From Bdellovibrio sp. (lineage in GTDB: Bacteria; Bdellovibrionota; Bdellovibrionia; Bdellovibrionales; Bdellovibrionaceae), in contig JAKFBS010000001.1 of NCBI GenBank assembly GCA_036677065.1, forward strand, positions 512,001-576,000: 64,000 nt of DNA. The letters are read 5' to 3'. Both the position numbers and the translations under genes were made by a program. How positions within the stretch are numbered: position 1 is the stretch's first letter; each line of letters opens with the position of its first letter. Of the stretch, positions 40,098-49,608 are shown piece by piece. Under the pieces are notes generated by a model. That model worked only from the letters and a program-made list of their open reading frames with translations, was not told where the DNA came from and ran no database searches.

Positions 40098-40961
40098 ATG
40101 CAATTCTTCAGTCTCATTTTGATCACAGTAAACTTATTTTCGATGAATGCCAGGGCGCAAGTTTCTCAGACCGAAACTGTTTCTGGTGCGGTTGTGCAAG
40201 AATCGCAAACATTATCGCAGTGGTGTGTTGAATCGCTTGGTAAATATAAAAACTATAAAGCCAAATCTAATCTTGAGAAATCTTGTGAAAAGATTTTACA
40301 AAAAAAAGGTTGCGCTTCTGTCGACGGAAAGCCAATTTTTCATCTTGATCAAAAAGGTAAAAACAACAAAGCCAAAAATATTTTAGTGATCAGTGTTATT
40401 CACGGTGATGAAATTGGTGCCGGATCGCTAGGCCGTTATTGGTTTGAGCGCGTGCAAGAAATTGATCCACGTAATAACTGGCGTATTATTCCTATAGCAA
40501 ATCCTGATGGGGCGCTTAAGAAGACTCGCACCAATGCAGCTGGTGTTGATTTGAATCGTAATTTTCCAACGGCTGACTGGGAAGCCGAAGCAACGAAATT
40601 CTGGAAAAATAAATCTCAGGGATCGGTACGTAAATTTCCTGGTGAAAAACCGGCAAGTGAACCAGAAGTGAATTGCTTAATGGATCATATCGATGAATTC
40701 AAACCACAGTTTGTAATTTCAGTACATACACCGCTGAATGTTTTAGATTATGACGGACCGAAAGTGCCGGCGCCGAATTACAGTTATTTGCCTTGGCGTC
40801 GTTTAGGAAATTTTCCGGGCAGCCTTGGAAGATATCTTTGGGTCGAACAAAAAATTCCGGTATTAACAGCTGAATTAAAACCTAATTTACCTGCAGGCAG
40901 CAAGGTATTTGATCAATTGCAAGATGTGATCGGTCAGCTTGTGCAAACCGATTTAAAATAA
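40098..40961 (+). CDS. mpaA: M14 zinc carboxypeptidase, murein peptide amidase A-like, with signal peptide
   Basis: IHGDE, NPDG...RTNAAGVDLNRNFP, SEPE, SVHTP, PGSLG and AEL motifs. Confidence 0.82.
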   Translation: MQFFSLILITVNLFSMNARAQVSQTETVSGAVVQESQTLSQWCVESLGKYKNYKAKSNLEKSCEKILQKKGCASVDGKPIFHLDQKGKNNKAKNILVISVIHGDEIGAGSLGRYWFERVQEIDPRNNWRIIPIANPDGALKKTRTNAAGVDLNRNFPTADWEAEATKFWKNKSQGSVRKFPGEKPASEPEVNCLMDHIDEFKPQFVISVHTPLNVLDYDGPKVPAPNYSYLPWRRLGNFPGSLGRYLWVEQKIPVLTAELKPNLPAGSKVFDQLQDVIGQLVQTDLK

Positions 40962-40967
40962 TTAAAA

Positions 40968-41303
40968 CTAAATTTTGATATCAAGAGCCCAGATGACAAA
41001 CTTGGCTGAATGCATGGCCATCGTAGGTACGAGGGTGATGGCAAAAAAGATCAACGTCTTCATTCGCTGTGAAACACTTCGTTCATCGCTTAATGAAAGA
41101 ATACTGCCAGTAATAAATACCGTTAGAAAAAAGATCGCCGTCATAATATTCAAAGTGAGCGTGCTGGCAGGGCTTGCGGCTCCAAAGCTTAAAAATTCAA
41201 ACAGTAAAACTAATGGGTATGCGACGTAAGTTAAAAGTAAACCTACGCCTGACATTTGCTGGCTTAACGAAAAAATTTGTATCGAGCGGTTTTTTGATTT
41301 CAT
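40968..41303 (-). CDS. Small membrane protein (3 TM)
   Basis: Three hydrophobic segments; a sigma28-like promoter lies directly upstream. Confidence 0.6.
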   Translation of the reverse strand: MKSKNRSIQIFSLSQQMSGVGLLLTYVAYPLVLLFEFLSFGAASPASTLTLNIMTAIFFLTVFITGSILSLSDERSVSQRMKTLIFFAITLVPTMAMHSAKFVIWALDIKI

Positions 41304-41309
41304 AACCCT

Positions 41310-41336
41310 CTATCGGTTTAAAATTTAGTGAACTTG
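41310..41336 (-). promoter_or_regulatory. Sigma28-like promoter
   Basis: Minus strand CAAGTTCA-N11-ACCGATAG, ending 6 nt before ATG 41303. Confidence 0.5.
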
Positions 41337-41789
41337 TGTATTTTCGCAGGCCTGTTGAATCGCATTTAAGCGATCTTGTGGGCTTTCGACTTCGTCTTGA
41401 ATTTCAGAAAGACGACCAAGCATGGCTTCTGTCGCCGCTGTAATCGCATCATAAATATCATGGCCGAAGCCTTCAGCTTCAATAGTAGCGTCATTTTCTT
41501 TCAAGACGATGGCAATGCGATAGGGGTAATGATTATCACTAGAATCATAATCTTGCGAGATCACATGGTCTTCATCGGCATAGGCATCTTCTGGGTTGCG
41601 AGCTAATACGATGACATTCGTTTCTGGTGTCACGTATTGGGTGAACTCGTTAATTTGTTGATAGATAAATGACTTCACTTCCGGATCTGTCTCAATCAGA
41701 TGCAGTGTGTCCGTAAGGGCCGCGTTTCCTTGGAGGTTGGTTTTATTTTTCTTAGCTGCCTGTTTATTCTTAAGCATTTTTCGAGCCAT
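41325..41789 (-). CDS. Hypothetical protein with HPF/RaiA-like C-terminal pattern
   Basis: GGAGGA RBS; TIEAEGFGHDIYDAITAATEAMLGRL resembles the S30AE 'DlYaAId.a.dkl.rql' helix. Confidence 0.55.
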   Translation of the reverse strand: MARKMLKNKQAAKKNKTNLQGNAALTDTLHLIETDPEVKSFIYQQINEFTQYVTPETNVIVLARNPEDAYADEDHVISQDYDSSDNHYPYRIAIVLKENDATIEAEGFGHDIYDAITAATEAMLGRLSEIQDEVESPQDRLNAIQQACENTQVH

Positions 41790-41932
41790 AGTGTCCTCCC
41801 ATATCTGTACTTTCATTTTAACATTGTGTTCTCGATTACAGAAGTCTAAGTCCTCAAAAAAATTAATTATTTTCTTAGCTGCAGTAAATTAACGCTCGTG
41901 TCTCGACCTAAGTCATTGTATCAATTTGGTAT

Positions 41933-42601
41933 ATGGTACACATAAAACTTTCTGATAGCTGGCATAATCAATTACAATCCGAGTTCCAATCTGACTACAT
42001 GAAAGCTCTTTCTAAGTTTCTGCAAAAAGAATACGAGAGCGGTAAAGTTATTTATCCTGATGCGAAAAAATATTTTAACGCACTAGATTTAGTTGAACTA
42101 AAAAATGTGAAAGTAGTTATCCTGGGGCAAGATCCCTATCACGGTGCAGGACAAGCGCACGGGCTAAGTTTTTCAGTGCCTGAAGGCGTGCGCCTGCCGC
42201 CGTCTTTAAAAAATATTTTTAAAGAATTAAAAGCTGATTTAGGAAAAGAAATTCCAACAACCGGAAATTTAGAACGCTGGGCTAAACAAGGGGTACTTTT
42301 ATTAAATGCAGTTCTGACAGTTGAAGAAAGTAAAGCGGCGGCTCACCAAAAAAAAGGGTGGGAGCAATTCACAGATAAAATTATCGAAGTGGTGAATCGC
42401 GAATGTGATCATGTCGTGTTTATTTTATGGGGTGCCTACGCCCAGAAGAAAGCAGCGTTCGTTGATCGTAAAAAGCATCTGGTGCTTGAGAGCGTGCATC
42501 CATCGCCGTTATCTTCGCATCGTGGATTTTTTGGCTCTAAGCCATTCTCACAGGCGAATAAATGGCTTAAGGCTAAAGGGCTAGCTCCTATAGACTGGTA
42601 A
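41933..42601 (+). CDS. ung: Uracil-DNA glycosylase (family 1)
   Basis: VVILGQDPYHG, AHGLSFSV, GVLLLN and HPSPLS. Confidence 0.97.
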   Translation: MVHIKLSDSWHNQLQSEFQSDYMKALSKFLQKEYESGKVIYPDAKKYFNALDLVELKNVKVVILGQDPYHGAGQAHGLSFSVPEGVRLPPSLKNIFKELKADLGKEIPTTGNLERWAKQGVLLLNAVLTVEESKAAAHQKKGWEQFTDKIIEVVNRECDHVVFILWGAYAQKKAAFVDRKKHLVLESVHPSPLSSHRGFFGSKPFSQANKWLKAKGLAPIDW

Positions 42602-42625
42602 GCTGATTGCGCTTAAACTAAAAGC

Positions 42626-43213
42626 ATGAAAAAAATATTTTTAGTTTTAGCGGTGTTAGGCTTTAGTTTACAAACCTTTGCAGACCCTTGCGGCGCAAAA
42701 TCAATTAAAGTCGGCAGTAATAAATTAGAGCTAATTAAAATTACAGATAAGCCAGAAAAAACTATGCAAGGCCAGCCAATTAAAGGTGCCGATGAAGTTT
42801 TAATTTCAGGAATTTACATGTTTGTTCGCAATGGCCAGACCTGGAATACTTACCGCTGTGCCGATGATACTAACAATTTAAATTTAAATAACTGCGTAAT
42901 TAAAAATGATTTTGAATTCGGAAATCTTGTTAAACGCTACGGCACTTCAGGAATTACAGTGCGAAAAACTGATTCAAATAGATTACAAGTCAGATTGAAT
43001 GTGGCTGGTAATGAAGAATTAGATTATTACGATGTACGCGCCACTGAAAAAGGTATGGAAGTTATTCAAAACCAGTATAAAGAAAATAAAGTGCAAAGAC
43101 ATTTAAGTCATCACGAGCAAGTTTCATTAGGCGTTTGTTCAAATTCTGAATCATCGAACGCACCAAATGGAAAGCCCACAAAAAAATCTTCTCCAGTTAA
43201 TATTAATCGTTAA
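42626..43213 (+). CDS. Secreted hypothetical protein
   Basis: Signal peptide ending TFA; four Cys; no recognised family. Confidence 0.7.
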   Translation: MKKIFLVLAVLGFSLQTFADPCGAKSIKVGSNKLELIKITDKPEKTMQGQPIKGADEVLISGIYMFVRNGQTWNTYRCADDTNNLNLNNCVIKNDFEFGNLVKRYGTSGITVRKTDSNRLQVRLNVAGNEELDYYDVRATEKGMEVIQNQYKENKVQRHLSHHEQVSLGVCSNSESSNAPNGKPTKKSSPVNINR

Positions 43214-43230
43214 AATTTTAGGTATTTAAA

Positions 43231-43331
43231 ATGCAAAAAGCGAAATGAGCTTACGCCATTTCGCTTTTACAAGATATTCAGGCTTCATTCCGAAGAAAGG
43301 AGCCGAATATCGGATCTTATATATTCACCTA
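43231..43331 (-). ncRNA. Candidate ~100-nt structured small RNA
   Basis: A sigma28-like promoter at 43338-43364, a long hairpin capped by cUUCGg (43273-43311), then a terminator; no convincing ORF. Confidence 0.45.
43235..43268. terminator. Bidirectional Rho-independent terminator
   Basis: AAAAGCGAAATG-agcttacgc-CATTTCGCTTTT with A and T runs on the two sides; GUAA tetraloop on the minus strand. Confidence 0.8.
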
Positions 43332-43558
43332 TATAACTTTTCGGAAGAATAAGCGAAAACTTAAGTATTACTTCTGGCTAGTTTTATGTCTTCTCGAAGT
43401 CTTAAAGCGTATCATGGATTTAATACGATAGAATCAGTTTGTTAGAGGATTCTTTCTAGATCACCGTCTGCGTACATTGATCATCGGAAGAAGTTTCGGG
43501 TAAATTGGAAAAGTCACTGCGTGACTGTGCAGAGACCTAATTCGGAATGGCGTTAAGC

Positions 43559-45388
43559 TCACTTACTCACTAAGTGAGTGAGTTCTTGTTTTTTAATTTC
43601 GACAGCTTCCATGTGATTCATTAAAGCTTCTTCCATGTTTTCAGTCTCAGTGTTTAAAGCTGCGGCCTGTTTGGCTAGTTCTTGCGCCTGTTGGCCTTGA
43701 GCGGTGATCAGAGCCGAAGTTAATTCGGTCTGTTTTTCAGCTTGGCGAAATAATAACTCTTCGGTTTTAAGAATTTTTCGCTCTAATTCTTTGATTTCAG
43801 AATTTAAACGTTTGGTTTCTTCTTTGTAGTTAAACTTTTTCTCTGAAGATTCAGAGTTAGTCGCAACTTTTTCCACAACGGCAGGTGTATCAACGCGTTC
43901 GCTTAAGATACCTTTTTCTAAACTCCATAAGTACTCGTCGTATGAACCTAAGTATTTTTCGATCGTGCCATTTCTGACTTCGACAATTTGTGTGGTCACT
44001 TGTTTTAAAAAAGTACGATCATGGCTGACTAAGATCACTGTGCCGTTAAACTCAGAAAGGGCTACAGCTAGAGCATTTACGGTATCAAAATCTAAGTGAT
44101 TCGTTGGCTCATCCAGAAGTAAAAGCGGATTTTTTTGTAATAACACTTGGCCTAAAGCCACGCGCGTTTTTTCGCCGCCTGAAAGCACTTTGATTTTTTT
44201 ATAAATGCTATCGCCAGAAAATAACAAAGAGCCTGCCATATTTAAAATGTCTTGAGCCATATTGTCTTTATGAGCTTTTCGTTGAAGCGCATCTAAGACC
44301 GTATCGTTATCTAATAAATCATCGGCTAAGTGCTGGGCAAAGTAAGAATGGCGCACTTGATGGCCCCATTTAAGTTCGCCTGTGATTAACGGAATTTTTT
44401 CAGCGATAGATTTTAATAACGTCGATTTACCGGCACCGTTATAACCAACAATACCAATTTTTTGGCCGCGCTCGATCGTGACGTTCACATTTTTAAGAAT
44501 AACTTTGTCTGCGCTATAACCAAGGTTGGCATTTGTCAGAGATAAAATTTCTTTTCCGGTCGGTGTAGCCATCGGTAGGTTGATAATCGCCCGCGGAGGT
44601 AATTTCTTGATTTCGACTTGTTCTAAGCGGTCTAAACTTTTCAAACGACTTTGCGCTTGTTTGGCTTTGGTGGCTTTAGCTCTGAATTTATCGACGAAAT
44701 CTTGAATTTGCTTACGTTTGTTTTCGATCTGCACAGCTTTAGCTTCTAATAAACGTTTGAGTTCAGCCTTTTGCTCGAAGTAATCATCAATGTGACCCGG
44801 AAATTTCACGATATCACCAGCTTCGACCTCTAAAGTGTATTCAGTAGTGCGCCGTAAAAATTCACGGTCATGCGAGATCAATAAAAATGCCTGTTTATGA
44901 TTTTGCAGGAAGTTTTCTAAAGTTAGAATGCTTTCTAAATCTAAAAAGTTGGTCGGCTCATCCAAAAGCATGATGTCTGGCTCAAGACCAATCAAGTAAA
45001 GAAGCTTCATGCGCATACGATAGCCGCCTGAAAGCTGTGTCAATTTTCCGGCAAAGTGAGCCTCTTGTAAGCCAAGCCCAAGGCCGATTTGCTTTAATTC
45101 CCAAATGGGCTTGATGCAATTGTCTTTAAGGTAGTCTTCAGAGTTCACATCGACTGTCCAATCGGACTCTTGTTCGAGGTAACCGATGCGTAAACCATTA
45201 GCTTTTGTGACTTCACCGTTATCTAAATGCTCTATACCCACGATAATTTTGAATAGAGTGGATTTGCCAGCTCCATTGGGGCCGATCACGCCAACGTGTT
45301 CGCCTTGATTAATGGAAAAGCCGGCATCATCAAAAAGGATTTTTGAGCCGTATTGCTTAGATGCATTGTAGAGTTGAAGCAGATTCAT
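43559..45388 (-). CDS. ABC-F family ATP-binding protein
   Basis: Two ABC cassettes (GPNGAGKST/GYNGAGKST, LSGG, LLDEPTN), AKATKAKQAQSR linker, no TM segments, C-terminal coiled coil. Confidence 0.93.
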   Translation of the reverse strand: MNLLQLYNASKQYGSKILFDDAGFSINQGEHVGVIGPNGAGKSTLFKIIVGIEHLDNGEVTKANGLRIGYLEQESDWTVDVNSEDYLKDNCIKPIWELKQIGLGLGLQEAHFAGKLTQLSGGYRMRMKLLYLIGLEPDIMLLDEPTNFLDLESILTLENFLQNHKQAFLLISHDREFLRRTTEYTLEVEAGDIVKFPGHIDDYFEQKAELKRLLEAKAVQIENKRKQIQDFVDKFRAKATKAKQAQSRLKSLDRLEQVEIKKLPPRAIINLPMATPTGKEILSLTNANLGYSADKVILKNVNVTIERGQKIGIVGYNGAGKSTLLKSIAEKIPLITGELKWGHQVRHSYFAQHLADDLLDNDTVLDALQRKAHKDNMAQDILNMAGSLLFSGDSIYKKIKVLSGGEKTRVALGQVLLQKNPLLLLDEPTNHLDFDTVNALAVALSEFNGTVILVSHDRTFLKQVTTQIVEVRNGTIEKYLGSYDEYLWSLEKGILSERVDTPAVVEKVATNSESSEKKFNYKEETKRLNSEIKELERKILKTEELLFRQAEKQTELTSALITAQGQQAQELAKQAAALNTETENMEEALMNHMEAVEIKKQELTHLVSK

Positions 45389-45438
45389 TTCTGTGCCACA
45401 TTACTAGAGTTTTCATAATGTTTAAAGGGGAGATTTTA

Positions 45439-47019
45439 ATGAAAAAGGTATTTTTAGCCGCATTGTTATTACCGTTAATCGCACAAGCTGCCGACAACTT
45501 CATTTTCTGTACAGAAGGAAGTCCATCGTCTTTTAATCCACAAATCGTGACTGATGGAACAAGCATGAACGCTTCTTCACAAGCGGTTTTCAATCGTTTA
45601 GTTGAGTTTAAACCAGGCACAACTGAAGTTATGCCAAGTTTAGCTGAATCTTGGACGATTTCAAAAGATCGCAAAACTTACACTTTCAAATTACGTAAAG
45701 GTGTAAAATTTCACTCTAATGCTTTTTTCACACCAACGCGTGATTTCAATGCAAACGATGTTGTTTACACTTTTAAAACTCAGTTAGATCCAAAACATCC
45801 GTTATCAATTCCAGCAGCTTCTTACGATTATTTCAAAGCTATGGAATTAGATGCTTTAATTGCTGATGTTAAAAAAACTGACGACTACACAGTTGTTTTT
45901 GAATTAAAACGTCCTGAATCTCCATTCATCGCGAATTTAGGAATGGATTTCGCTTCTGTGCTTTCTGAAGAGTACGCGCAATCTTTAATTAAATCTGGCA
46001 AAGGTTTAAAAACTTTAGAAACAGCTCCGGTTGGAACTGGTCCATTTGTTTTCAAATCTTACCAAAAAGATTCAACAATCAAGTACACAGCTAATCCAAC
46101 TTACTGGAAAGGCAAACCGAAAATCGAAAATTTAATTTTCGTAATCGTTGCTGATTCAACAGTACGTACACAAAAAATGAAATCTGGCGAATGTCACATC
46201 ATGAGTGAAGTGCAACCGCAAGATATCGAAGCGCTATCTAAAAACCCTGCGGTTAAAATTCAAAACGCAGCTGGTCTTAACGTGTCTTACATCGCGTTTA
46301 ACACTGAGAAAAAACCTTTCGACAACTTAAAAGTTCGTGAAGCAATTTCTTTAGCTTTAAATAAAAAGTCTTACCTTGATGTGATTTACAAAGCGCAAGG
46401 CTTAGCCGCAAAAAATCCAATCCCACCGACAATGTGGTCTTATAATAACAAAACAGCTGATTCAACTTACGATGTTGAAAAAGCGAAAAAGTTATTAGCT
46501 GAAGCTGGTTTAAAAGATGGTTTCGAAACTGAACTATGGACAATGCCAGTAGCTCGCCCTTACTTACCGAACGGTAAAAAATTAGGTGAGTTAGTTCAGG
46601 CTGACTTAGCTAAAATCGGTGTAAAAGTTAAATTAGTTACTTTTGACTGGCCCACATACTTAGAGAAATCTAAAAAAGGTGACCACGCGATGATCCAATT
46701 CGGTTGGACTGGCGATAACGGTGACCCGGATAATTTCATGAATGTTATGTTGGGCTGTGCTGCCGTTAAAGCAGGTTCTAATTATGCTCGTTGGTGCCAT
46801 AAAGAATTCGACAACTTATTACAACAAGCTAAAGAAGAATCAGCTGTTGCAAAACGTACTTCACTTTACATGAAGGCACAGGAAATTTTCTCTAAAGAAA
46901 AACCATGGTACCCAGTAGCTCACTCAAAACAAAACAAAGTGATGTCGTCTAAAGTACAAGGCTACAAAATTAGTCCACTTGGTAACGAAAACTTTGAAGC
47001 GGTTTCATTGTCGAAATAA
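45439..47019 (+). CDS. dppA: Dipeptide ABC transporter substrate-binding protein
   Basis: GGGGAG RBS; signal peptide; FCTEGSP..FNPQ, LRKGVKFHS, PVGTGPF, MPVARPY and GWTGDNGDPDNF. Confidence 0.93.
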   Translation: MKKVFLAALLLPLIAQAADNFIFCTEGSPSSFNPQIVTDGTSMNASSQAVFNRLVEFKPGTTEVMPSLAESWTISKDRKTYTFKLRKGVKFHSNAFFTPTRDFNANDVVYTFKTQLDPKHPLSIPAASYDYFKAMELDALIADVKKTDDYTVVFELKRPESPFIANLGMDFASVLSEEYAQSLIKSGKGLKTLETAPVGTGPFVFKSYQKDSTIKYTANPTYWKGKPKIENLIFVIVADSTVRTQKMKSGECHIMSEVQPQDIEALSKNPAVKIQNAAGLNVSYIAFNTEKKPFDNLKVREAISLALNKKSYLDVIYKAQGLAAKNPIPPTMWSYNNKTADSTYDVEKAKKLLAEAGLKDGFETELWTMPVARPYLPNGKKLGELVQADLAKIGVKVKLVTFDWPTYLEKSKKGDHAMIQFGWTGDNGDPDNFMNVMLGCAAVKAGSNYARWCHKEFDNLLQQAKEESAVAKRTSLYMKAQEIFSKEKPWYPVAHSKQNKVMSSKVQGYKISPLGNENFEAVSLSK

Positions 47020-48032
47020 TGGCGATACTTAAAGGTCTTTTAAAAGTTATTGGTTATTTTCTTTTTATCAGCTTGATGAGTTTTTCAATCATCAGGCTGA
47101 TTCCCGGAGATCCCGCTCTACACATTATTGGTGAGCGCGGAGCCAGCGAAGAACGTGTAGCTGAAATCAGAAAAAATTTGGGACTGGATCAACCATTACC
47201 AATTCAGTTTTTGAAATTTTCAGCTAACGCTTTAGTTGGTAATTTCGGCGAATCTACCGTTTCTAAACAACCCGTACTTAGTGAATTTAAAGTTTTATGG
47301 CCAGCGACGGTTGAATTAGCCTTCGTAGCTTTGCTTTGGTCTTCTCTTGTCGGTCTTGGTTTAGGAATGTTAGCGGCCGTGAAAAGAAATTCTTTCTGGG
47401 ATTACGGCGCAGTTAGTTTATCGACATTGGGTTTTGCGATGCCGATTTTTTGGTGGGGCTTAATCGTTATTTTCTTTTTCTCGGTTAAACTTGGCGTCTT
47501 TCCGGTTTCTGGCCGTATTGATGTGATGTTTGATGTTCCTTATAAGACAGGTTTTTATTTTCTCGACACTTTATTATCAGGGCAATGGGATGCGTTCGTA
47601 TCAGCGTGTAAATACGTTGTATTACCAGCATTCGTACTAGGAACTGTTCCACTAGCGTTAATCGTTCGCGTAAGCCGTGCATCGATTATCGATGTGGCTG
47701 AAGAAGATTACGTGCGCACAGCAAGATCTAAAGGCCTTCCGTACAAGCAGATTTTATTTAAACATATTTTTAAAAATGCACTGCCACAGATTTTAACTTC
47801 AATCGGATTAGCAATGGGTCAGCTGTTAACTGGCGCGATCTTAACTGAAACGTTATTTTCATGGCCGGGCATGGGGCGCTGGATTATTAAATCCATCGAA
47901 GCCCGTGATTACCCAGTGGTACAAGCAGGTGTGTTCTATTCAATGCTCATAGTTATTATCGTAAATTGGATCACGGATGAATCGGTGAAAATTGTAAGTC
48001 CTAAAATGCGCGATCAACAAAGGGGTGGCTAA
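47019..48032 (+). CDS. dppB: Dipeptide ABC transporter permease
   Basis: LIPGDP, LGLDQPL, PATVELA, DYVRTARSKGL and ETLFSWPGMG. Confidence 0.9.
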   Translation: MAILKGLLKVIGYFLFISLMSFSIIRLIPGDPALHIIGERGASEERVAEIRKNLGLDQPLPIQFLKFSANALVGNFGESTVSKQPVLSEFKVLWPATVELAFVALLWSSLVGLGLGMLAAVKRNSFWDYGAVSLSTLGFAMPIFWWGLIVIFFFSVKLGVFPVSGRIDVMFDVPYKTGFYFLDTLLSGQWDAFVSACKYVVLPAFVLGTVPLALIVRVSRASIIDVAEEDYVRTARSKGLPYKQILFKHIFKNALPQILTSIGLAMGQLLTGAILTETLFSWPGMGRWIIKSIEARDYPVVQAGVFYSMLIVIIVNWITDESVKIVSPKMRDQQRGG

Positions 48033-48850
48033 TGGCAGTCACTGCTACACAGAAATTATTCAGAAACAAAAACGTACTTTATGGGACTATTTTGTTCGCG
48101 TTTTTCGTTTTGGTTTTTATTGTTTCTTTTTTCTGGACCCCATTTGCTTATAACGAAGTGTTTGATGGCATGGCTTTACAACCTGTCGGCGGAAAATTCT
48201 TTTTAGGCACAGATGATTTAGGTCGTGATTTGCTTTCACGCTTAATGGTTGGCGCCCAGTTTTCTTTAGGTATTGGTTTAGTCGTCGGCGGAATCGCCGT
48301 TGTGCTTGGCGCCGGCATGGGATTATTTGCGGCTTATTATGGTAAGCGTGTAGACCAAGTTTTAAATCAATCCATGAATGCGTTACAAGCGATGCCAAGC
48401 TTACTTTTAGCTTTATTCGTAGTTGCGATCTTAGGGCCAAGTGTAACGAATACGATTATTTCAGTAACACTAGTTTCTATTCCTACGATGTTTCGTTTGG
48501 TGCGATCTCAAGCCCAGGTTGAAATGGCTAAAGAATACATCCAATCGGCGAAAGCCTTGGGTGCAGGTGATGCTCGAATCATGTTACGCCATTTGTTGCC
48601 AAACTGTGTAACACCGATCTTGGTACAATCAGCGGTTTGTTGTTCTGAGGCGATTTTAAATACGGCCGCTTTAGGCTTTTTAGGTTTAGGAATTCCAGCA
48701 CCGTACCCTGAATGGGGCACAATGCTTGCGGATTCTAAAAACTTAATGGAGACAGCTCCGCACTTGATGTGGATTCCTGGACTTTGTTTGTTATTGTTGA
48801 TTCTATCGACGCAATTAATTAGCGATGGTTTAAGAGATCATTTAAGCTAA
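48032..48850 (+). CDS. dppC: Dipeptide ABC transporter permease
   Basis: LGTDDLGRDLLSRL, EYIQSAKALGA (EAA loop), LGFLGLG and PEWG.ML. Confidence 0.9.
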   Translation: MAVTATQKLFRNKNVLYGTILFAFFVLVFIVSFFWTPFAYNEVFDGMALQPVGGKFFLGTDDLGRDLLSRLMVGAQFSLGIGLVVGGIAVVLGAGMGLFAAYYGKRVDQVLNQSMNALQAMPSLLLALFVVAILGPSVTNTIISVTLVSIPTMFRLVRSQAQVEMAKEYIQSAKALGAGDARIMLRHLLPNCVTPILVQSAVCCSEAILNTAALGFLGLGIPAPYPEWGTMLADSKNLMETAPHLMWIPGLCLLLLILSTQLISDGLRDHLS

Positions 48851-48854
48851 TTCA

Positions 48855-49352
48855 ATGAATATGCCCGCGGTATTTTTAGATCACAGAAAACGAAATTTAA
48901 TTCTATGGCTAACGGATATGACGATGGCCATAGTTTCTTATTTTTACGTGACCGATCCATTTTATTTTCAAAGTGTGATGGATAGGATTGATTTTGCCAC
49001 TCTGCGCCCGGATATGGATCCTGAGATGTTTCAATCACCAGTATTTTTCGAATTTATGTTTCAGGTGATGTCGGTTGTATCAGTTCTTACGATTGGGATT
49101 ATTGCGCTATTTCACACCTTGGCTTTTTATCGCTGCTACCTTCGTAAACCTGTGGCGATTGCTTACGTGAAAATTTATTCGTTCTTAGCGGCTGTTTCGT
49201 TGTTATTATGGTTCATCTATAACGTTGAATTAAAGAATATTTTAATTTTAGTTCCTGCAACGATTTACACTTTGGTGTTCTTGGCTGAAAGGCAAAAGCT
49301 ATCAGCGCTTTCTATTTTTAATTCAGTTTCTAACGAGAAATCAGAGCCATAA
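48855..49352 (+). CDS. Hypothetical membrane protein
   Basis: About 4 hydrophobic segments; begins 4 nt after dppC. Confidence 0.6.
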   Translation: MNMPAVFLDHRKRNLILWLTDMTMAIVSYFYVTDPFYFQSVMDRIDFATLRPDMDPEMFQSPVFFEFMFQVMSVVSVLTIGIIALFHTLAFYRCYLRKPVAIAYVKIYSFLAAVSLLLWFIYNVELKNILILVPATIYTLVFLAERQKLSALSIFNSVSNEKSEP

Positions 49353-49608
49353 ACTGCACACCTAAAAAGTACAGACCGTTTTTTTCAAGTGTGTGCACTG
49401 AATACCCGGCCATTTTTACGAAGTCTGATTTATCATTCGGGTAGATCAAGGCGATCTGTCTTTTCGGTGCGACGGTTTTTTCAGTGCGTAAAAGGCATCC
49501 CATTTGCGAATAATCTACGAAATACGCTTTGATTAAGCGCGAATCAGTTTCAATAAGACAAAATGTATTCGAAGGGTAACGTGAAAACTGACGTAAATTA
49601 TTAGGCAT
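49330..49608 (-). CDS. Stand-alone PilZ domain protein
   Basis: RQFSR (RxxxR) and DYSQMG (DxSxxG) c-di-GMP motifs; C-terminal LGVQF. Confidence 0.8.
   Translation of the reverse strand: MPNNLRQFSRYPSNTFCLIETDSRLIKAYFVDYSQMGCLLRTEKTVAPKRQIALIYPNDKSDFVKMAGYSVHTLEKNGLYFLGVQFMALISR

Noticed and set aside
43231..43510. SRP RNA, 6S RNA, tRNA or c-di-GMP riboswitch
   Set aside because: I did not see the SRP domain IV motif, a cloverleaf/TTCRA arm or the c-di-GMP-I signature. The region is retained only as an unclassified sRNA candidate.
43559..45388. ABC-F as the missing ATPase of the divergent dpp operon
   Set aside because: It has the ABC-F inter-domain linker and coiled-coil tail of ribosome-associated factors and lacks DppD/F features.
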